Shown here: one piece after another, positions 49,109-64,000 of the stretch
Layout: the number at the start of each line of letters is the position of its first letter
Numbering within the stretch: position 1 is the first letter of the stretch
Program-made: the position numbers and the translations under genes
NCBI GenBank assembly: GCA_026713705.1
Contig: JAPONY010000051.1
Location: 64,015 to 128,014 of the forward strand
Reading direction: 5' to 3'
From: Gammaproteobacteria bacterium
GTDB taxonomy: Bacteria > Pseudomonadota > Gammaproteobacteria > Poriferisulfidales > Poriferisulfidaceae
DNA length: 64,000 nt
The notes under the pieces: model-generated
The model's input: the letters and a program-made list of their open reading frames with translations, nothing else
The model's database searches: none
Told to the model about the DNA's origin: nothing

Positions 49109-49624
49109 ATGACAGACCGTGAATTTATCTCTCTTGGCATTGCCGTACTGACCGTTTCCGACAGCCGGGACGCAAGCCAGGACAAATCCGGCGACCTCCT
49201 GGTCGGGAAGCTTGAAGCTTCCGGGCACCGGCTCGCGGCGCGGGATCTGGTTGCGGATGACATCTACCAGATCCGGGCCAAAATTTCGGCTTGGCTGGTC
49301 GACCCGGACGTCCAGGTGATCCTGACGACCGGGGGGACCGGGGTGACGGGACGGGACGGGACACCGGAGGCACTCGCCCCCCTGCTGGACAAGAGAATCG
49401 ACGGTTTCGGGGAAATGTTCCGGTCGCTTTCGTATGAAGTCATCGGGACATCCACGCTTCAGTCCCGGGCCATGGCCGGCGTCGCCAACCGTCGCTACCT
49501 GTTCTGCCTGCCCGGTTCTCCGGGCGCGTGCCGGGACGCGTGGGAGAAATTGATCGAAAAACAACTGGACTACCGAACCCGCCCCTGCAACCTGGTCGAA
49601 CTGATGCCGCGCCTCGGCGAATGA
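49109..49624 (+). CDS. moaB: molybdenum cofactor biosynthesis protein MoaB/MogA family
   Basis: GGTGVTGRD signature; 171 aa. Confidence 0.85.
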   Translation: MTDREFISLGIAVLTVSDSRDASQDKSGDLLVGKLEASGHRLAARDLVADDIYQIRAKISAWLVDPDVQVILTTGGTGVTGRDGTPEALAPLLDKRIDGFGEMFRSLSYEVIGTSTLQSRAMAGVANRRYLFCLPGSPGACRDAWEKLIEKQLDYRTRPCNLVELMPRLGE

Positions 49625-49625
49625 C

Positions 49626-50675
49626 TCAGCCGCCGATGTACGACATCTCCACTTTCTTGATCTGGGACGTCTCTTCGGTACGAAGTTCGGAATAACGGTC
49701 CCCCCGGTCCTTCCACAAGCGGATCAGATCGCGCCGCAGCGCTTCATCATCCGCTCCCGAACGCAGCAGGCCCTTCAGGTCGTGCCCGCCTGACGCGAAC
49801 AGGCAGGTATACAGCATGCCGTCGGCACTCAGCCGCACGCGGTGGCAGCCGCCGCAGAACGGCTGGGTCACGGACGCGATCACGCCAAACTCGCCCTGCC
49901 CGTCCCGGTATCGCCAGCGCCGCGCGACTTCTCCCGGGTAATTCGGGTCCGCGGACTCGATCGGCCATTGCCCGTCGATCATTCCAAGGACTTCTTCGGC
50001 AGGCATGACCTGATCAAGATTCCAGCCATTGGCGTTGCCGACATCCATGTACTCGATGAAGCGGAGGATATGCCCCGTGCCCCGGAAATGCTCCGCCATC
50101 GGCAGGATCTGGTCTTCGTTAGCGCCACGCTTGACGACCATGTTGATCTTGACCGGCCCGAGTCCGGCCGCGGCCGCGTGGTCAATCGCCGCCAGCACCT
50201 CGTCGACCGGGCGCTGCACGTCGGAGAGGCGTTGGAAGACTTCGTTGTCCAGCCCGTCGAGGCTGATCGTGATCCGGTTGAGCCCGGCTTCGGCCAGGCG
50301 CGCAGCCACCTCGCCGGTCAACAGGGACCCGTTGGTCGTCAGGCAGATGTCCTCGATTCCCGGAACCTGGGCCAGGCGCTCGACGAGCTTCTCCAGGTGC
50401 CGCCTGAGGAGAGGTTCGCCGCCGGTCAAGCGCAGCTTGGCCACCCCCAGTCCCGCGAAGATGTAGGCCAGTCGCTCGATTTCCTCGAAGGTCAGCAACC
50501 GGGAGCGCTCCAGAAAAACGTAATCGGAATTGAAGACCTCTTTCGGCATGCAGTAGGTGCAACGGAAATTGCAGCGGTCGGTCACCGAGATCCGCAAGTC
50601 GTGCAGCGAACGGCCGAAGCGGTCCAACGGCGACTGGGGAGAGGCGGACGGAGCGGCCGAAGCGTTCATATGCAT
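49626..50675 (-). CDS. moaA: GTP 3',8-cyclase MoaA (radical SAM)
   Basis: CNFRCTYCMP radical-SAM cluster and a C-terminal Cys cluster. Confidence 0.95.
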   Translation of the reverse strand: MHMNASAAPSASPQSPLDRFGRSLHDLRISVTDRCNFRCTYCMPKEVFNSDYVFLERSRLLTFEEIERLAYIFAGLGVAKLRLTGGEPLLRRHLEKLVERLAQVPGIEDICLTTNGSLLTGEVAARLAEAGLNRITISLDGLDNEVFQRLSDVQRPVDEVLAAIDHAAAAGLGPVKINMVVKRGANEDQILPMAEHFRGTGHILRFIEYMDVGNANGWNLDQVMPAEEVLGMIDGQWPIESADPNYPGEVARRWRYRDGQGEFGVIASVTQPFCGGCHRVRLSADGMLYTCLFASGGHDLKGLLRSGADDEALRRDLIRLWKDRGDRYSELRTEETSQIKKVEMSYIGG

Positions 50676-50690
50676 ATTTTAAGGGAAATT

Positions 50691-51005
50691 TCAGGGGTTT
50701 GAATGGGCTGTGCCCGGTCCGCCAGCCTGGAAAGGAGGCCATTGCCTGGATGTATGCAGTACGCGAAGCACACGAATCGAATCCTTCGAAAGATCGTAGA
50801 CCAGAATATAACTTTTATGAACCACGAACTCCCGAGTTCCTTCGACCCTCCCAGGACGTCCAATCTGAGGATAGACCACCAAGTGGCGGGCTAACTCCGA
50901 GAACTTGTCATCAAGGGCAAGTGCTGCCGATGGGTCATCGGCTTGGATATAGTCGTAGATGCTCTCGCGATCGCAAATCGCTTCCGGAGTCCAACGCAGT
51001 TTCAC
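50691..51005 (-). CDS. RelE/ParE-family type II toxin
   Basis: 104 aa; ..REFVVHKSYILVYDLSKDSIRVLRVLH.. ParE/RelE C-terminal signature. Overlaps the antitoxin gene by 4 bp. Confidence 0.75.
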   Translation of the reverse strand: MKLRWTPEAICDRESIYDYIQADDPSAALALDDKFSELARHLVVYPQIGRPGRVEGTREFVVHKSYILVYDLSKDSIRVLRVLHTSRQWPPFQAGGPGTAHSNP

Positions 51006-51289
51006 TGCGTCTTTTCAATCTGACGTCGTGTTGCGGCTCGGCGAGCGGCAAACTTTTCCTCTACGGCATCAGCGGCCACGAGGTGGCCGGCCTTTGCCGA
51101 GTCAAGCCCGATTTGCACTTCGCGCCGGAACCAGTCGTTGTATCCATCGGATTCTTGCTGCCGAAGCACGATCTCCCTCATGTAGTCGCGCAATACTTGT
51201 GCTCCAGTGCGGTCGAAAGACTTGACCACCGAAACAAAGTCGCTTTTCAAGTCCGGGTCAACTCGAAAAGTGAAGGTTGTCTGTCCCAT
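51002..51289 (-). CDS. ParD/RHH-type antitoxin
   Basis: MGQTTFTFRVDPDLKSDF.. ribbon-helix-helix N-terminus; start trimmed to ATG 51289. Confidence 0.65.
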   Translation of the reverse strand: MGQTTFTFRVDPDLKSDFVSVVKSFDRTGAQVLRDYMREIVLRQQESDGYNDWFRREVQIGLDSAKAGHLVAADAVEEKFAARRAATRRQIEKTQ

Positions 51290-51412
51290 GTTTTTGTGTG
51301 TTACAAAGGCAGTACATAGTAGCACAAATAAAAGCCGGCATTCCCGCCGGCGACAGGTTGCCAAGCGACCGCCCTCGCCTGGGTCGGATACAAACGGGAA
51401 TTTCCGGCCGAA

Positions 51413-55639
<4,227 letters not shown>

Positions 55640-55662
55640 GATGTTCTCCGGTCAGATCCGCC

Positions 55663-60180
<4,518 letters not shown>

Positions 60181-60271
60181 GCCCACCTCGGGTGATCGTC
60201 AATTAAAAAGATGCCAGCGGCACGCCGAGCGTGCCGCCACATCGTGGTTTAGTGCAGGGCCGCGCACTGAA

Positions 60272-60661
60272 TTACTTCAGTTCGACGGTTGCGCCCGCTT
60301 CCTCCAACTGCTTCTTCAGGTCCTCGGCCTCTTCGACCGGAACCTCCTCCTTGACTGCGCACGGTGCGCTTTCCACCATTTCCTTGGACTCCTTCAGTCC
60401 CAGGCCGGTGATCGCACGGATCGCCTTGATGACGCCGATCTTGTTGTCGCCGGTCGAGGCCAGCATGACCGTCCGTTCGGTCGCCGCCTCTTCCTCGGCC
60501 GCATCGCCGGCCGCGCCGGCCACCGGTGCCGCCGCCACTGCCGCCGCTGCGGAAACGCCGAACTTCTCCTCCATCGCGGAGATGAGGTCGACGATTTCCA
60601 TCACGGTCATGTTGGAAATAACGTCGAGGACATCGTCCTTGGAAACACTTGCTGTCGTCAT
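60272..60661 (-). CDS. rplL: 50S ribosomal protein L7/L12
   Basis: A-rich hinge and a conserved C-terminal domain. Confidence 0.95.
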   Translation of the reverse strand: MTTASVSKDDVLDVISNMTVMEIVDLISAMEEKFGVSAAAAVAAAPVAGAAGDAAEEEAATERTVMLASTGDNKIGVIKAIRAITGLGLKESKEMVESAPCAVKEEVPVEEAEDLKKQLEEAGATVELK

Positions 60662-60693
60662 GGGTCAATAGCTCCTTTGGTTGCAATCAGTAA

Positions 60694-61224
60694 TCAGGAT
60701 TCCGCCTGCTGGCGGTCGCGATGCGCCGCCAGGGTGCGCACCAGCCTGCCTGGAAGGTCGGCGGTCATGCGGACCATCTTCTCGACCGGCGCACGCATGA
60801 CGGCCATCAGTCGTGCCAACGCCTCGTCGCGGGTCGGCAAGTCTGCCAGCTTCCGCACCTCGGCCACCTCCAGCACGGCGCCATCCATAGCGCCGAACTT
60901 GAGTTCCAGCCATTCGTTCCCTTTGCCGAAATCCCGGAACAGGCGCGGGCCGTCCATCGGTTGCTGCTCGGAGAAGCCGAGCAGCAGGGGGCCGATCAGG
61001 CGCTCCTGCGCGCAGGCGTAGTCGGTGCCGTCCAGCGCCCGCTTGGCCAGGTTGTTCTTGATGACCCGGACGTAGACGCCGCAGTCCCGGGCCTGCCGGC
61101 GCAGTTCAGTCAGTTCGCCCACGCTCATCCCCCGGTATTCCGCCGCCACCAGCGACTGCGCGCGGGCCGCGGCCTGCATCACATCCTGCACGATGGCTTC
61201 CTTTTCTTCGCGTGTGCGTGCCAT
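60694..61224 (-). CDS. rplJ: 50S ribosomal protein L10
   Basis: MARTREEKEAIVQDV.. aligns to the E. coli L10 N-terminus; start set at ATG 61224. Confidence 0.9.
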   Translation of the reverse strand: MARTREEKEAIVQDVMQAAARAQSLVAAEYRGMSVGELTELRRQARDCGVYVRVIKNNLAKRALDGTDYACAQERLIGPLLLGFSEQQPMDGPRLFRDFGKGNEWLELKFGAMDGAVLEVAEVRKLADLPTRDEALARLMAVMRAPVEKMVRMTADLPGRLVRTLAAHRDRQQAES

Positions 61225-61253
61225 GATCGCTCCTTCGGGTTCTCCCGTCCGCC

Positions 61254-61940
61254 TCACACCGTCGCCGGGTCGACCCGGACCCCCGGCCCCATCGTCGGGG
61301 ACACGGTGATGCGCTTGATGTAGACCCCCTTGGAGGAAGCCGGCTTGGTCCGGATCAACTCCGCGACCAGGGCGCGGAGGTTCTCGGCCAATGCCGCCGC
61401 CTCGAAACTGGCCTTCCCGATCGAACAGTGCACGATGCCGCCCTTGTCGGTGCGGTAGCGGACCTGCCCGGACTTGGCTTTCTCGACGGCCGCGGCCACG
61501 TCGGGCGTAACCGTCCCCGTCTTCGGGTTCGGCATCAGGCCGCGCGGACCCAGGATCTGGCCCAGCGCCCCGACCACGGACATGCTGTCCGGAGTCGCGA
61601 TCACCGTGCTGAAGTCGAGATCGCCCCCCTCGATCTGTTCGCTCAGGTCTTCCAGGCCGACCACATCGGCGCCCGCTTCGGTCGCCGCCTGCGCCGGATC
61701 GCCCTGCGCGAACACGGCCACCCGCGTGCGCTTGCCGGTGCCTTTCGGCAGGACCATCGCACCGCGCACGTTCTGCTCGCTCTGCCGGGTATCCACGCCG
61801 AGGTTGATGCTGACGTCGATGCTTTCCTCGAACTTCACCGTCCCGCTTGTCTGGCGTACCAGTTCGACCGCCTCGTCAACCGGATACAGATGCTCCGCTT
61901 CAATCTTGGCCCGGGCCTCGGCCATCCGTCGGTTCTTCAT
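61254..61940 (-). CDS. rplA: 50S ribosomal protein L1
   Basis: Match to the L1 family. Confidence 0.95.
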   Translation of the reverse strand: MKNRRMAEARAKIEAEHLYPVDEAVELVRQTSGTVKFEESIDVSINLGVDTRQSEQNVRGAMVLPKGTGKRTRVAVFAQGDPAQAATEAGADVVGLEDLSEQIEGGDLDFSTVIATPDSMSVVGALGQILGPRGLMPNPKTGTVTPDVAAAVEKAKSGQVRYRTDKGGIVHCSIGKASFEAAALAENLRALVAELIRTKPASSKGVYIKRITVSPTMGPGVRVDPATV

Positions 61941-62368
61941 AGGTCCGTCTCCAAGCCCATGCTGCGGGCGCTTCCCGCGATGATCTTCACCGCCGCATCC
62001 ATGTCGTTCGCGCTCAGGTCGGGCATCTTGGCCGTCGCGATTTCTTCCAACTGCTGGCGCGTCACCTTGCCGACCTTCTCCGAGTTCGGGGTGGCGCTGC
62101 CTTTTTCGATGCCGGCCGCCTTGCGCAGCAATACCGCGGCGGGCGGCGTCTTGATGATGAAGTCGAAGCTGCGGTCTGCATATACCGTGATCACCACCGG
62201 CAGCGGCAGGCCCTTCTCCATCGACCCCGTACGGTCGTTGAAGGCCTTGCAGAAGTCTTGGATGGCCAGGCCGTGCTGGCCCAGGGCCGGCCCGACCGGG
62301 GGCGCCGGGTTGGCGGAGCCCGCCGGAACCTGGAGCTTGATGTAGGCTTGGATTTCCTTGTCTGCCAT
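61937..62368 (-). CDS. rplK: 50S ribosomal protein L11
   Basis: [17 protein letters not shown].. N-terminus. Confidence 0.95.
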   Translation of the reverse strand: MADKEIQAYIKLQVPAGSANPAPPVGPALGQHGLAIQDFCKAFNDRTGSMEKGLPLPVVITVYADRSFDFIIKTPPAAVLLRKAAGIEKGSATPNSEKVGKVTRQQLEEIATAKMPDLSANDMDAAVKIIAGSARSMGLETDL

Positions 62369-62378
62369 GAGCGGGCCC

Positions 62379-62960
62379 TCAGTCCTTGGTGACCTGGTCG
62401 AAACTCAGTTCGACCGGTGTGGAACGTCCGAAAATCTGGATGGCGACGCGCAAGCGGCCTTTTTCATGGTTGGCCTCTTCGACCACGCCGTTGAAGTCGT
62501 TGAACGGTCCGTCAATCACCCGGACCACTTGACCCGGCTCGTACATCACCTTGATTCTCGGTGCCGCCTGCCCTTCTTCGGCGCGGGCCAGGATGGATTC
62601 GACCTGATCGTCCGGAATCGGCTCCGGGTGATGCCGCGCCCCGCCGATGAAGCCGAGCACCTTGGGCGTGTTGCGCACCAGGTGCCAGTTCTCCTCGGAC
62701 CATTTCATCTGGACCAGGACATAGCCGGGGAAGGTTTTTCGCCGGATGACTTTCTGCTTGCCGTCGCGCAACTCGATGCTCGCTTCCGACGGCACCTCGA
62801 TGCGTCCGAATTCGGACTCCTTGCCCAAGCGCTCGATGCGCTCCTGCAACTGGACGCGCACCCGCTCCTCGTAGTTGGAGTAGGCGTGGACCGCGTACCA
62901 CTGGAGCCCTTGGTCTTGCTCTTGGTCCTGGCCGCTTTCGCTGGTGTGCTCTTCCGTCAT
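62379..62960 (-). CDS. nusG: transcription termination/antitermination factor NusG
   Basis: NGN and KOW domains. The 193-aa product runs from ATG 62960; the 357-aa track ORF is a read-through across secE. Confidence 0.9.
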   Translation of the reverse strand: MTEEHTSESGQDQEQDQGLQWYAVHAYSNYEERVRVQLQERIERLGKESEFGRIEVPSEASIELRDGKQKVIRRKTFPGYVLVQMKWSEENWHLVRNTPKVLGFIGGARHHPEPIPDDQVESILARAEEGQAAPRIKVMYEPGQVVRVIDGPFNDFNGVVEEANHEKGRLRVAIQIFGRSTPVELSFDQVTKD

Positions 62961-62965
62961 CGTCT

Positions 62966-63337
62966 TCACCCTAAAAGCAGGCTGACTCCCCAAGCGAGGA
63001 GCCGGTCCAGCAACCACAGGAACAGAGCCATCACGATCACCGCCGCAAACACCACCAGGGAGGTCTGCAGGGTTTCGGCACGCGTGGCCCACACCATCTT
63101 GCGCACTTCCGTGCGGGCTTCGCGCATGAAGCCCACGAAGCGCTGGCCATGCGCCGAGCCCACCGCAACGGCTGCGGCCGCCGCGAACAGCGCGACCAGG
63201 CCGAGCACCCGATAAAGGAGCGCCTGATCTGCGAAATAGTAGAAACCGCCGACTCCCGTCAGCAACAGCGCAGCCACGGCCGCCCACCGGGCCATGTCCG
63301 CCTGCGAAAGGCCCGATTCGATGCGTTCCTGCACCAT
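62966..63337 (-). CDS. secE: preprotein translocase subunit SecE
   Basis: ~123 aa with a C-terminal TM helix; conserved position between tRNA-Trp and nusG. Confidence 0.8.
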   Translation of the reverse strand: MVQERIESGLSQADMARWAAVAALLLTGVGGFYYFADQALLYRVLGLVALFAAAAAVAVGSAHGQRFVGFMREARTEVRKMVWATRAETLQTSLVVFAAVIVMALFLWLLDRLLAWGVSLLLG

Positions 63338-63355
63338 CACGCGCCCCCCCATCGC

Positions 63356-63431
<76 letters not shown>

Positions 63432-63485
63432 TTTCAGACACGACTTTACCACCCTTTGGTTCGGTTCGAAGCAACGTTTGAACGG

Positions 63486-64000
<515 letters not shown>

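Overview
The window is a high-GC (~65%) gammaproteobacterial chromosomal segment whose gene order is typical of a core genome. On the minus strand it runs tuf, tRNA-Trp, secE, nusG, rplKAJL, rpoBC; then leuS-lptE; then serS and aspS-nudB-yebC-ruvCAB; then ybgC-tolQRAB-pal-cpoB-queEC. The accessory content, inferred from sequence only, fits a sulfur-oxidising lineage. Five things stand out. (1) A sulfur-trafficking neighbourhood holds a TusA-like gene, a stand-alone SoxY-like carrier, a YeeE/YedE thiosulfate-type transporter, and an uncharacterised cytoplasmic molybdopterin oxidoreductase paired with an FNR-like/2x[4Fe-4S] subunit. (2) A 313-bp MITE-like element with perfect 22-bp terminal inverted repeats and an 8-bp target duplication sits between divergent tusA-like and bepA-like genes. 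(3) A low-GC island at 44.3-49.1 kb carries an MNT antitoxin, a truncated hepT, an MmeI-family Type IIL restriction-modification enzyme and a PLD-family nuclease. (4) A PabB-like / ASKHA-fold / ATP-grasp / HisA-fold gene set lies just upstream of two tandem giant TonB-dependent receptors that carry in-frame tandem repeats. (5) Three type II toxin-antitoxin loci are present: vapBC plus an orphan HigA2-like antitoxin, parDE-like, and MNT/HepT. Three tRNAs were found (Lys-UUU, Arg-ACG, Trp-CCA). There are no rRNA genes and no CRISPR array. Many long plus-strand ORFs in the track are antisense artefacts of high GC content and were rejected.
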